Origin: Jeotgalibaca sp. MA1X17-3
Lineage (GTDB): Bacteria; Bacillota; Bacilli; Lactobacillales; Aerococcaceae
DNA: 24,000 nt
NCBI RefSeq assembly: GCF_021513155.1
Contig: NZ_CP090983.1
Span: 1,984,265-2,008,264, forward strand
Direction: 5' to 3'
In this document: positions 1 through 7,920 of the stretch, piece after piece
Layout of the letters: the number at the start of each line of letters is the position of its first letter
How positions within the stretch are numbered: the stretch's first letter is position 1
The notes under the pieces: generated by a model
Database searches by the model: none
The model's input: the letters and a program-made list of their open reading frames with translations, nothing else
What the model was told of the DNA's origin: nothing
Translations under genes and position numbers: made by a program

Positions 1-141
1 GCAAGTACAGTTCTCTCTGGTCAGAATTGGGGCATTACGATTTCATCTAAATTAGGAGTTTGGATTGATAATAGTTATGTGAAATTTTATATAGAAGCAA
101 ATGGTAAAGAGTATACATATGAAAATCATTTAGATAGATAG
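1..141 (+). CDS. 3' end of an unidentified protein-coding gene (partial, runs off the left edge)
   Basis: Frame 1 is open from base 1 to TAG at 139-141 (...GVWIDNSYVKFYIEANGKEYTYENHLDR*). A strong hairpin plus T-run follows 20 nt later. No family recognised. Confidence 0.45.
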   Translation, partial: ASTVLSGQNWGITISSKLGVWIDNSYVKFYIEANGKEYTYENHLDR

Positions 142-160
142 TATAAATTTACTAAAAAAA

Positions 161-194
161 GCAAGGAAGTCAAAACAGACTTCCTTGCTTTTAC
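161..194 (+). terminator. Rho-independent terminator of the left-edge gene
   Basis: Perfect 11-bp stem GCAAGGAAGTC (161-171) / GACTTCCTTGC (178-188), 6-nt loop, followed by TTTT. Confidence 0.7.
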
Positions 195-202
195 TATTCG
201 CC

Positions 203-1259
203 GATTGTAAAATTAAGCTAGACAAATAAAAGAGCCATTCGTGGTACACTCAAAATGTAATTCCGTCTAAAGAATACATAGGAGTGATCACGAATGACCT
301 ACACCCATCTTACCACGGATGAATTAGTGATGATAGAGTCTTACTACCACCAAAATATCAAAGTTTCCGAAATAGCTGCGTATCTAAAACGATCTCGAAC
401 ACCTATTTACAATGTCATCCATTTTTTGAAAGAAGGCCACACGGCCTTGGAATACTACCAACAATACAAGAGAAACAAGAAGCGTTGCGGACGGCGTAAA
501 ATCGTATTGCCAGCGGAACAACAGACCTACATCAAGGAAAAAATTGCACAAGGCTGGACTCCTGATATCATCAAGGGTCGGGAAGAGATGCCGATTGATT
601 GCTCCATGCGGACTCTTTATCGTCGCTTCAAAGAAAAGGTGTTTGATGAAACCACCTTGCCCATGAAGGGAAAGAGAAAACCGAACGGTCATCAAGAACG
701 TCGCGGAAAACAGGCCTTCAAGCGGAATATTGCTGAAAGGAAGGTTGATTACCCGACATTCAAGGAAGAATTCGGCCACATCGAAGGCGATACGATTGTC
801 GGTGCCCACCACAAGAGTGCCGTTATCACCTTAGTGGAACGTCTATCGAAAGTCATCATCACTTTGAAGCCCGAGGGGCGGAAGGCGAACGATATCGAGA
901 AAACGATGAACCAATGGTTTGAATCGATCCCTAGGCATTTATTCAAATCAATCACCTTTGATTGCGGGAAAGAATTCTCCAATTGGAAAGCTTTAAGCAA
1001 TCAACAGGACATTGCAATCTATTTCGCCGATCCCGGAACGCCTTCACAGCGTGCCTTAAATGAAAACTCCAACGGCTTGTTGCGAAGAGATGGGTTGCCA
1101 AAAGAAATGGATTTCAATCAAGTGGACCAAGCCTTCGTCTCTTCCGTTGCGAACAAGCGAAACAATATTCCACGAAAATCTTTAGCATACCGGACGCCAC
1201 TGGAGGTATTTTTGAGTTACCTAGATGAATCTATTTTGTCTAGCTTAAATTGACAAATC
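203..1259 (+). mobile_element. IS30-family insertion sequence (~1.06 kb)
   Basis: Imperfect terminal inverted repeats: GATTGTAAAATTAAGCTAGACAAA (203-226) versus the reverse complement of 1235-1259, GATTTGTCAATTTAAGCTAGACAAA. They share a 14-nt identical core TTAAGCTAGACAAA. The element encloses a single DDE transposase ORF. Confidence 0.85.
294..1253 (+). CDS. IS30-family DDE transposase
   Basis: 319 aa. N-terminal HTH region (MTYTHLTTDELVMIESYY...) and the catalytic region GHIEGDT...ITFDCGKEF...NENSNGLLRR typical of IS30-family transposases of lactic acid bacteria/enterococci. GGAG lies 8 nt upstream of the ATG. Confidence 0.95.
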   Translation: MTYTHLTTDELVMIESYYHQNIKVSEIAAYLKRSRTPIYNVIHFLKEGHTALEYYQQYKRNKKRCGRRKIVLPAEQQTYIKEKIAQGWTPDIIKGREEMPIDCSMRTLYRRFKEKVFDETTLPMKGKRKPNGHQERRGKQAFKRNIAERKVDYPTFKEEFGHIEGDTIVGAHHKSAVITLVERLSKVIITLKPEGRKANDIEKTMNQWFESIPRHLFKSITFDCGKEFSNWKALSNQQDIAIYFADPGTPSQRALNENSNGLLRRDGLPKEMDFNQVDQAFVSSVANKRNNIPRKSLAYRTPLEVFLSYLDESILSSLN

Positions 1260-1394
1260 AAAATTTAAAAAAACATCTAGTATCATAAAAAATTATTCTG
1301 AATCAAAATTTTAATTCTCTCATAATTTCTTTTAAGCTCTTTATTTTTTTATCTGCCAAATCTTGTTGGAAAGCAAATCGATTATCTTCTTTTG

Positions 1395-1952
1395 CTAGGA
1401 CAAACATTTCCGCAGCTTTTCCAGCTTGAATTCAAAGGTAGAATCTTCTACCGCTAAACATTCTTGAGGACGAACCGCTAGTTTTTCGGCACTCTTTAGA
1501 TAAATTTCTGGATGTGGTTTGGACTGTTCGAACATTTCACCACTTAAAATCGTTTCAAAGTATCCAGTGAGTTCACACTCTTCCAATACACTTTGAATAT
1601 TTTTGAAAGAAGACGAGGATGCTAAGCCAACTTTGTATTCTTCCTGTTTCAACCAATCTAGAACTTCAAAAATATCTCGGTCTAGGATTTCAGGATAAGG
1701 AATGGGTTCGTCTTTGTAGAAGGAATGATAGGCTGTGTCATAGTCATCTTGGATAGACCCTTTCCCCCAAACTTCTTCAATCCATTTCCAAGTGTCTCCA
1801 CTCGTCAGGCCTACTGTTTTTTTCAATTCTTTTTCATCGGTTTCTACTTCGTAGTGTTCTAGGAAACGTAACAAGCGCTCATAATAAATCGGCTCGGTAT
1901 CGACAAGAACACCATCCATATCAAAAATTACTGCTTTAATCATTTGCTCCAC
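1395..1952 (-). CDS. HAD-IA family hydrolase (beta-phosphoglucomutase-like), apparently frameshifted near the 3' end; the intact reading would end at 1303
   Basis: Motif I FDMDGVLVDT, motif II GLASSS, motif III SKPHPEIY, start of motif IV AVEDS. The rest of motif IV (IQAGKAAEMFVLAKEDNRF...) is encoded in another frame, 1303-1431. SD AGAGGTGGAG lies before the ATG. Confidence 0.85.
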   Translation of the reverse strand: MEQMIKAVIFDMDGVLVDTEPIYYERLLRFLEHYEVETDEKELKKTVGLTSGDTWKWIEEVWGKGSIQDDYDTAYHSFYKDEPIPYPEILDRDIFEVLDWLKQEEYKVGLASSSSFKNIQSVLEECELTGYFETILSGEMFEQSKPHPEIYLKSAEKLAVRPQECLAVEDSTFEFKLEKLRKCLS

Positions 1953-2021
1953 CTCTTCTTAGTCAGTATTCATAGTTTACCATTTATATTTGAAATTTTA
2001 TCGAAAAACCGGTTGGAGTTT

Positions 2022-2747
2022 CTAGTTACTTTTTTTAGGTGTTTCTTTTCCAGAATAATATTCTACAAAAGTAATCGCAGGATGAATATAATAGATTTCT
2101 TTTTTTATTTGTTTGATATCTTTATTTTCAGGAACCTGAAGGTAATACCTCACTTGATCTTGTAATTTTACAAAAGAATCCAAGTACTCAACCCGACTGA
2201 TGATTAGATTATTACGCTTCATAAATGCAAGTAATTCTTCTAGTACATGGTCGCTTTTTTTGAAGGATATATCGAGCTGAACATTATAGAAACGGTTGTT
2301 AAGACGCGTTTGGTAATAGGTTACGACATACAGCGTGGTGAAAATAAATAGGGCACTTATGATAGAAAGTAAATAAAAGCCCATTCCAATTGCTAAGCCT
2401 ACTACCGCAACGGACCAGACCGAAGCCGCAGCTGTTAGTCCCACAATCGTATTTTCCTGATGTAGAATCATTCCCGCACCAATAAAACCCATTCCTGCTA
2501 AGGCTTGAGAAGTTAGTCGGGCAATATCAATCCCAAAAAGAAAGGCATGTTCTGGATCACTAATCGCTAACCCGACCATATACTGATTCAATGAAATCTG
2601 GATGAGCGCAACGATGGTCATAGATAGCGCCACTAGAATATGAGTTCGTAAACCCGCTCCAGCTTGACGCCTATTTGGTTCATAGCCTAAGAAAATACCA
2701 ATGATAAGAGCTAAACCAAGTCGAGTAAAAATAGTTACTATAGTCAA
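2022..2747 (-). CDS. mgtC: MgtC/SapB-family membrane protein
   Basis: 241 aa. Hydrophobic N-terminal domain with the family-typical ...RRQAGAGLRTHILVALS... segment, plus a soluble C-terminal domain. TTG start preceded by GAGGAA with 5-nt spacing. Confidence 0.8.
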   Translation of the reverse strand: MTIVTIFTRLGLALIIGIFLGYEPNRRQAGAGLRTHILVALSMTIVALIQISLNQYMVGLAISDPEHAFLFGIDIARLTSQALAGMGFIGAGMILHQENTIVGLTAAASVWSVAVVGLAIGMGFYLLSIISALFIFTTLYVVTYYQTRLNNRFYNVQLDISFKKSDHVLEELLAFMKRNNLIISRVEYLDSFVKLQDQVRYYLQVPENKDIKQIKKEIYYIHPAITFVEYYSGKETPKKSN

Positions 2748-2849
2748 TAGAATTCCTCATTTCGTATTTGATTTGGGTTTAAGTTTGATAGTGCAGCATG
2801 TATCATATCATGAAGCAGTTTTTTAACCCATTTTAAGCTTTTATTGTTT

Positions 2850-3031
2850 ATTTGAGGGTTTGCATCAAGTGGAAGCAGTTTTTTCTTCTACTTGATGCGT
2901 ATCGGCGCTTGCGTATCAAGTGGATGCAGTTTTTTTCTTCTACTTGATGTGTATCAGCGTTTACGTATCAAGTGAGCGTGGTTTTTTCTTTTACTTGATG
3001 CGTATAGGCGTTTACGTATCAAGTAGGTACC
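2850..3031. repeat. Tandem array (about 3.5-4 units, ~52-bp period) of a hairpin-forming intergenic repeat
   Basis: Units TACTTGATG(C/T)GTAT-N-ACGTATCAAGT (12-bp stem, 8-nt loop) plus spacer GTGGATGCAG-T6-7-CTTC at 2889-2940, 2941-2991 and 2992-3031. A degenerate unit lies at about 2850-2888. Confidence 0.85.
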
Positions 3032-3050
3032 AATTTATACCTATTCTACT

Positions 3051-3082
3051 AAAAAGCCCTTTTCCAAAGAAAAAAGGGCTTC
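3051..3082 (-). terminator. Rho-independent terminator of the php/yhf-type operon
   Basis: AAGCCCTTTT / AAAAGGGCTT stem immediately downstream of the yhfW-like stop codon. A/T runs lie on both sides, with a T-run on the minus-strand transcript. Confidence 0.7.
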
Positions 3083-3091
3083 ATTATGTAC

Positions 3092-4318
3092 TTATTTGTT
3101 TTGAATTTTTTCCAGGTATGACTCCCCATGTTGTGGAGCTTCTACTTGGAAGTATTCTGCTGCAGTTGCGGCGGTATCGGACATGTTATCGCGTATGCCA
3201 ACTTCTTGTCCTTCCATTCCTTTTCGATAAATTAGCAACGGTACATATTCACGGGTATGCTGGCTATGACCAATCGTAGGATCATTTCCATGATCGGCGG
3301 TGACAATGAGAATATCTTCTTCATTTAAAAGAGGAATTAATTCTTTGATTCGTTTATCACTTACTTCTAAGCGGTCTGCATAACGATCCACATTTTCAGC
3401 ATGACCCGCTAAATCGGTTTCTTGAATATTTAAACAGAAAAAGCCAGTATCTATTTTCTTTACTTGAGAAATTAAGCTATCGAATAGATCATCACTATCT
3501 ACTCCTAAGAAAACATGTGGACTAGTAGTTTGTACGATGTCCCCTACTTTTCCAACTAAGGTAACGGATATATTTTCATGGTCTAGTATCGTAGGAATCT
3601 GGACTTCAGGATCAATGCCATACCCTAAATGAATCACTTGGTATCCAGTATTGTAGACACCGGACTCCGGAGCATCCACTCCAGCAAATTTATTTTCTTT
3701 CACTTTACGAGCATTCAATAAATCATTTAAATCGATTTCTTCTCCACCAAATGCAATCACACGAGAGACTTTTACGACTTCTCGGACTGCTTTCCCTAGT
3801 TTCTTTACTTCTTCAAAAGGCATCAGATCGAGGCAGGCAGATACATTGAAAACTTGTCCCAAGTCAGTTTCTAAGTTATCTCCTACCGTTGCGGAGTCAT
3901 TTACTACTAAAATTTTTGGTTCGTCTTCTGCTCCTTCTTTGCGAACCTCATATCCTTTTTCTTTTAAGTGACGTTCTACTTCCTCAATCATGTCATTAAA
4001 AGCTTGGTTAAGTGGGATAGGTGGGGTTGTTCCCATTATTTCTTGGTGTCCTAAAAAAGAATCTGCACCTTGGTGTCCTAGGTTTGCTTTTCCCCAATTA
4101 GCTTTGGGAGAATATTTCAACCGGTCTGTTTCTTGACCGATGGTATTCATCAAACCTAGTTCTACTAAGGTATCGATCTTGATATCTGGTTTTCTTTCGA
4201 TGATATGGAAAGCAGTATTACTGCCTCTATCAGCAGGTCTTACTTCTGGAACGTCTTCCATTGCTCCCACTCCAAAGCTATCTAGTACAATTACAATATA
4301 TCTTCCCACACTGCTCAT
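3092..4318 (-). CDS. yhfW: YhfW-like phosphopentomutase/alkaline-phosphatase-superfamily metalloenzyme
   Basis: 408 aa. N-terminal IVLDSFGVG and C-terminal VTADHGNDPT metal-binding motifs, as in DeoB-type phosphomutases. The start overlaps the upstream stop (ATGA). Confidence 0.85.
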   Translation of the reverse strand: MSSVGRYIVIVLDSFGVGAMEDVPEVRPADRGSNTAFHIIERKPDIKIDTLVELGLMNTIGQETDRLKYSPKANWGKANLGHQGADSFLGHQEIMGTTPPIPLNQAFNDMIEEVERHLKEKGYEVRKEGAEDEPKILVVNDSATVGDNLETDLGQVFNVSACLDLMPFEEVKKLGKAVREVVKVSRVIAFGGEEIDLNDLLNARKVKENKFAGVDAPESGVYNTGYQVIHLGYGIDPEVQIPTILDHENISVTLVGKVGDIVQTTSPHVFLGVDSDDLFDSLISQVKKIDTGFFCLNIQETDLAGHAENVDRYADRLEVSDKRIKELIPLLNEEDILIVTADHGNDPTIGHSQHTREYVPLLIYRKGMEGQEVGIRDNMSDTAATAAEYFQVEAPQHGESYLEKIQNK

Positions 4319-5472
4319 CCTCTCAAGTATTTCCCTTGACTATCATAAATCCCCATTATTTCTGGTTTACCTGCTTGGATTCCTCTTACAAGAGCTACCT
4401 CACTTCTTGTTACAAAAATCTGAGTGCGTAATGCCATAATGGCTGTTGCTCCTATTGGCTCTTCTTCATTTACTTCTAAGTAATAATCAATATTTTCTTC
4501 TGGCAAAGATTTCATAGTAGACTGCCAGCGTTTGCCTTTTTGGTCAAATAGAACATATTTTAAATTCCCACGGCGATACAATCCGCCCCCATACAAGTAC
4601 GCATGTCCTTTAAAGTTATGAGAAACTTCACTGACATATACGTAAGCTGGGATTTCTGGTAAATCTTTTTCTGCATGCATAGGGGTTGTTCCAGTTAATG
4701 CATGCCCCGGCTCCCCTTGCGTTCCTTTTAATTCATTGATAAATGGTAACGTATATACAGAAGTTGTGGAAGGCATATTCAATTCCTTTGCTGGAAAACC
4801 AGCGTCCAGTAATAGATTTTGTGCTTTTAAAATCGTATCTGCATTATTTGTTTTTTCCAATATATCTTTTTTTGTATTTTGAAGGAAACAAGGAAATGAA
4901 GTTGCTCCAGCAATTTCAATATGGTCCAGTTCTTTAAAGGCATCAAAATACTCAGGCAGCTCCTTTAACTCAAACCCTCCATATTGCCCTGGATACAACG
5001 CATCCCCTTCATCGACTACACGGACTAATATTTTTTGGGTAATTGCTAATTCTTTTGCTGCTTGATTAATTTCTTTCAACTTATCTAGAGAATAAATGGT
5101 TATATATTCAGTGCCATATTCCATAATTTCTTTTAGTAAATGACTCGGAATCTGCACCAAATGACCTACGTTTCCTAATGGAATATGATTGGCCATCATC
5201 GTTTTCGCTTCACGAAAATCTACGACGACTGCTGCTGGAAATCCAGTTTTAATTAGTAATTTTGCTAAATCAGGATTTCGTCCAATTTGTTTAAGCATAA
5301 AGTACAATTCTATTCCTTGTTTGTCGGCTTCATCCAAAATAAGACGAGCATTTTTCAAAATAGCATCTACATCTAATACATACGTATCCGGTTGAATTTC
5401 TCCTGATTGATGCAGTTGAACAGCTGTATTAATTAGATTCGGATTTCGTTCTTTTGTTTTCTGCATAAACAT
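4315..5472 (-). CDS. yhfX: YhfX-like fold-type III PLP protein (alanine-racemase N-terminal barrel family)
   Basis: 385 aa. Sequence character and position (between the yhfY-like and yhfW-like genes) match the E. coli YhfX slot. Candidate PLP lysine in FMLKQIGRNP. Confidence 0.7.
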   Translation of the reverse strand: MFMQKTKERNPNLINTAVQLHQSGEIQPDTYVLDVDAILKNARLILDEADKQGIELYFMLKQIGRNPDLAKLLIKTGFPAAVVVDFREAKTMMANHIPLGNVGHLVQIPSHLLKEIMEYGTEYITIYSLDKLKEINQAAKELAITQKILVRVVDEGDALYPGQYGGFELKELPEYFDAFKELDHIEIAGATSFPCFLQNTKKDILEKTNNADTILKAQNLLLDAGFPAKELNMPSTTSVYTLPFINELKGTQGEPGHALTGTTPMHAEKDLPEIPAYVYVSEVSHNFKGHAYLYGGGLYRRGNLKYVLFDQKGKRWQSTMKSLPEENIDYYLEVNEEEPIGATAIMALRTQIFVTRSEVALVRGIQAGKPEIMGIYDSQGKYLRG

Positions 5473-5478
5473 AGGGTA

Positions 5479-5841
5479 TCACTTCCCTTTCTTGTTTTGA
5501 AGGAGCGTTACCAAATGTAGATAAAAGTAATCATCTTCATTTTTGGGGAAATCTACATTAATTTTCTCAGATAATTGCTTCCATACGGAAACAGCTTTTT
5601 CATATTCTATTGCTGCTTCAATTTCTTGTTTAATCATTGGATCTACAGAATCTACTTGTTCCTCATCTTTCCGTTGACGAGAAGTCGCCATCGCTAAATG
5701 AGTAATAAACGTATCTGCTTCATCTTCTTCTGTGATGACATTTTCTTGCTTCAAATAATTCAACGCTACTTGCATATCTTCGTATGTGGTCTCATCAATA
5801 ACATCATTTTCTTTTAAAATGGTTAACTTTTCTTGAATCAT
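5479..5841 (-). CDS. yhfY: YhfY-like stand-alone PRD-domain-like protein
   Basis: 120-aa acidic, helical-looking protein. AAGGAG lies 7 nt upstream of the ATG. Size and position between the yhfZ-like and yhfX-like genes match the E. coli cluster. Confidence 0.6.
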   Translation of the reverse strand: MIQEKLTILKENDVIDETTYEDMQVALNYLKQENVITEEDEADTFITHLAMATSRQRKDEEQVDSVDPMIKQEIEAAIEYEKAVSVWKQLSEKINVDFPKNEDDYFYLHLVTLLQNKKGK

Positions 5842-5866
5842 CTAAATTCTCCTTTGTTCACGTGTT

Positions 5867-6760
5867 TTAATACCGTGGGGTCATTTGTCCATTTTTAACT
5901 TGTGATTGAATATCACGAATTTGTTTTGTATCTAATGTGCGTTTTAAAGTGGAAGAAACGAGCGTATTATCTTTTTGACAAATAATAACTGCTTCACTCA
6001 TTTCTCGATGATGGTTCTTGACTGGTAATTCAATAAAGTACACATCTTCTAAACGTTTATCGATAATTTCATCATAGTTCCAAACTCCTGCGTCGATTTG
6101 TGATTCACGCAAACCATAAATTAATTGATTACTCGGCAAATCAACCTTTTCAACATCAAAACCTTCAATGATTTCATTGGTTAACAGCTTATGATCTAAT
6201 GAATCCGTATCAATTCCTACTCGTAGTCCATCTTTCATTACTTGTTCAACACCTTGACGGAAAAGTAAGACATGACGAGATAAGTACGTTTGTTCACCAA
6301 ACTGCATAATTACTTTAATCGCTCGGCCTTTATCGATTTCATGCTGTGCTGCGAATCGTGAGACAACCGCAAAGTCAAAAACCCCTTCTTCAACTGCACG
6401 AATTCGTTCTTCCGATCCACGTATATAAGCCAAATTTAATTTAATATTTTTATCGCGAAAAGCAGTATACAATCCTGTAGCTAATCCTTCATATAATCGG
6501 GAATAGGGTAAAGGCATCGTTGCAGAAAGTTGACTAGACGAAATATATTCTTGTAGAACTTGATGGTTGATCATTTTCAGAAAGGTTCCCAAATGTCCTT
6601 TACTTTCTGTTTCGATTGCTTGTTCTTCTTTAAGAAACTTTAATGCATTTTGTACCGTTCCTCTGGATAGTAAAAAAGTCGTTTGAAAGTCACTAATATT
6701 CGGCATACGGTCGCCTGTTTTTAATTGATAGAGTTCGTTAGCAATCTGTTCAATTGCCAA
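5867..6760 (-). CDS. yhfZ: YhfZ-like transcriptional regulator (N-terminal winged HTH plus C-terminal ligand-binding-like domain); start uncertain
   Basis: 297 aa from the TTG at 6760. HTH segment ISDFQTTFLLSRGTVQNALKFLKEE. The TTG directly abuts AAAGGA (no spacing), and an out-of-frame ATG at 6789 lies across an A7 run. Confidence 0.7.
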   Translation of the reverse strand: MAIEQIANELYQLKTGDRMPNISDFQTTFLLSRGTVQNALKFLKEEQAIETESKGHLGTFLKMINHQVLQEYISSSQLSATMPLPYSRLYEGLATGLYTAFRDKNIKLNLAYIRGSEERIRAVEEGVFDFAVVSRFAAQHEIDKGRAIKVIMQFGEQTYLSRHVLLFRQGVEQVMKDGLRVGIDTDSLDHKLLTNEIIEGFDVEKVDLPSNQLIYGLRESQIDAGVWNYDEIIDKRLEDVYFIELPVKNHHREMSEAVIICQKDNTLVSSTLKRTLDTKQIRDIQSQVKNGQMTPRY

Positions 6761-6812
6761 TCCTTTTTTTGGTAAAAGTATTTGTTCATTTTTTTATCTA
6801 CTTTCGTTTAAA

Positions 6813-7901
6813 TTACACTTCCATCGCTTGTTTGAGAATTCGTATAATGGTATCTGCTCCAGCACGCATAGGATTGATACGAATCGTATTAGTCTCTACA
6901 TCAGGAATAGCAGCACGGAACGTTCCGGATACTCGGTAGAACATCGGTACGATTTCATATTTTGATTCTGCTCCAACTGGATTGGGTGCAGCTCCTAATT
7001 TTTCGGCCTGTTCCAGCACTTTCTGTGCAATGGGCTCATTAAAGGTTACTAAAATAACTTTTGATTGTGCATTCGCAATAAAGGCTTTTTGGATACCGGG
7101 TACTTCCCCTTCATTCAAACGAGTAAATACTTCATCTGTAACTTTTGCAGACAAGGCAAGTGCTACTGGAGCATAGGTCATTCCACGTAATACATCTAGT
7201 GCTTCGAATCCTTGTACTTGTAGCCCGCCGGAATAATTTTCTTTACGAAGAAGGTCGATGTACTTCTGATCTCCTACAATGCACCCGACTCCTTCTGGTC
7301 CTAATACTTTAAACGTCGAGAAGCAAGAAAGGTTTGCTCCTTGCTCGCAGCCAATTTTAGGAATTTTCATAACGGCATAATTATCATCCGTAATGATGGG
7401 TCGATTGGGTGCAAATGTTTTAATGCATTGAATAACAGCTTGACTATCATAGGAATCATCTGGTTTCTGTCTCGTTAATTGAACTAAAGCACCATCAATT
7501 GTTTCGTTTTCTAATACTTTTTGTAACGCTTCTAAATCATTGAAATTGGCAACAACCGTCTGAATCCCTAACATATCTAACGTTACTTGTGTGGTTGGAT
7601 AAACAGGTGCTTCATGAACTAATAAAGTTGCATTTCTTGGCAAAGCTGCATGTATGGCCAAACGAATTGCCATCGTTCCGGCTCCTCTAATGAGCATCGC
7701 CGCTTCCGCATCAAAAAATTGAGCGAGTACTTTTTCTACTTTGTGCGTAGTGATCGGTTGATTGTAACCAGGGACGACACCTAAGTCTCCTCGAGTTAAA
7801 ATATCTTTTCCTTCAAAGACTTGCGTGATGGCATCCACTAAGCCAAATTGTTTTTCTGTTGCTTCTTCTACGGTAATGCTCTTTAATGGATAAGTTTTCA
7901 T
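6813..7901 (-). CDS. yhfS: YhfS-like fold-type I PLP-dependent enzyme (aminotransferase/SelA-like)
   Basis: 362 aa. Candidate Schiff-base lysine in SCFSTFKVLGPEG. AGGAGG upstream of the ATG. Confidence 0.75.
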   Translation of the reverse strand: MKTYPLKSITVEEATEKQFGLVDAITQVFEGKDILTRGDLGVVPGYNQPITTHKVEKVLAQFFDAEAAMLIRGAGTMAIRLAIHAALPRNATLLVHEAPVYPTTQVTLDMLGIQTVVANFNDLEALQKVLENETIDGALVQLTRQKPDDSYDSQAVIQCIKTFAPNRPIITDDNYAVMKIPKIGCEQGANLSCFSTFKVLGPEGVGCIVGDQKYIDLLRKENYSGGLQVQGFEALDVLRGMTYAPVALALSAKVTDEVFTRLNEGEVPGIQKAFIANAQSKVILVTFNEPIAQKVLEQAEKLGAAPNPVGAESKYEIVPMFYRVSGTFRAAIPDVETNTIRINPMRAGADTIIRILKQAMEV

Positions 7902-7920
7902 TTAGTCAGATACCTCCTAT

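Noticed and set aside
384-1000. Two minus-strand ORFs (142 aa and 83 aa) inside the IS30 transposase gene
   Set aside because: They are antisense to a clearly recognisable transposase. They show no RBS and no recognisable motifs. Such shadow ORFs are typical.
2850-3031. Regularly spaced repeats that could be a small CRISPR array
   Set aside because: The 'spacers' between the hairpins are themselves conserved between units (GTGGATGCAG-Tn-CTTC). There are only ~3.5 units, no cas genes are present, and copies of the unit occur singly elsewhere. This is a tandem intergenic repeat, not CRISPR.
2920-3279. 119-aa plus-strand ORF from the ORF track
   Set aside because: It is translated straight through the tandem repeats and the operon terminator into the antisense of the yhfW-like gene. 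The product is repetitive (FFFYLM... twice), there is no RBS, and the composition is not protein-like.
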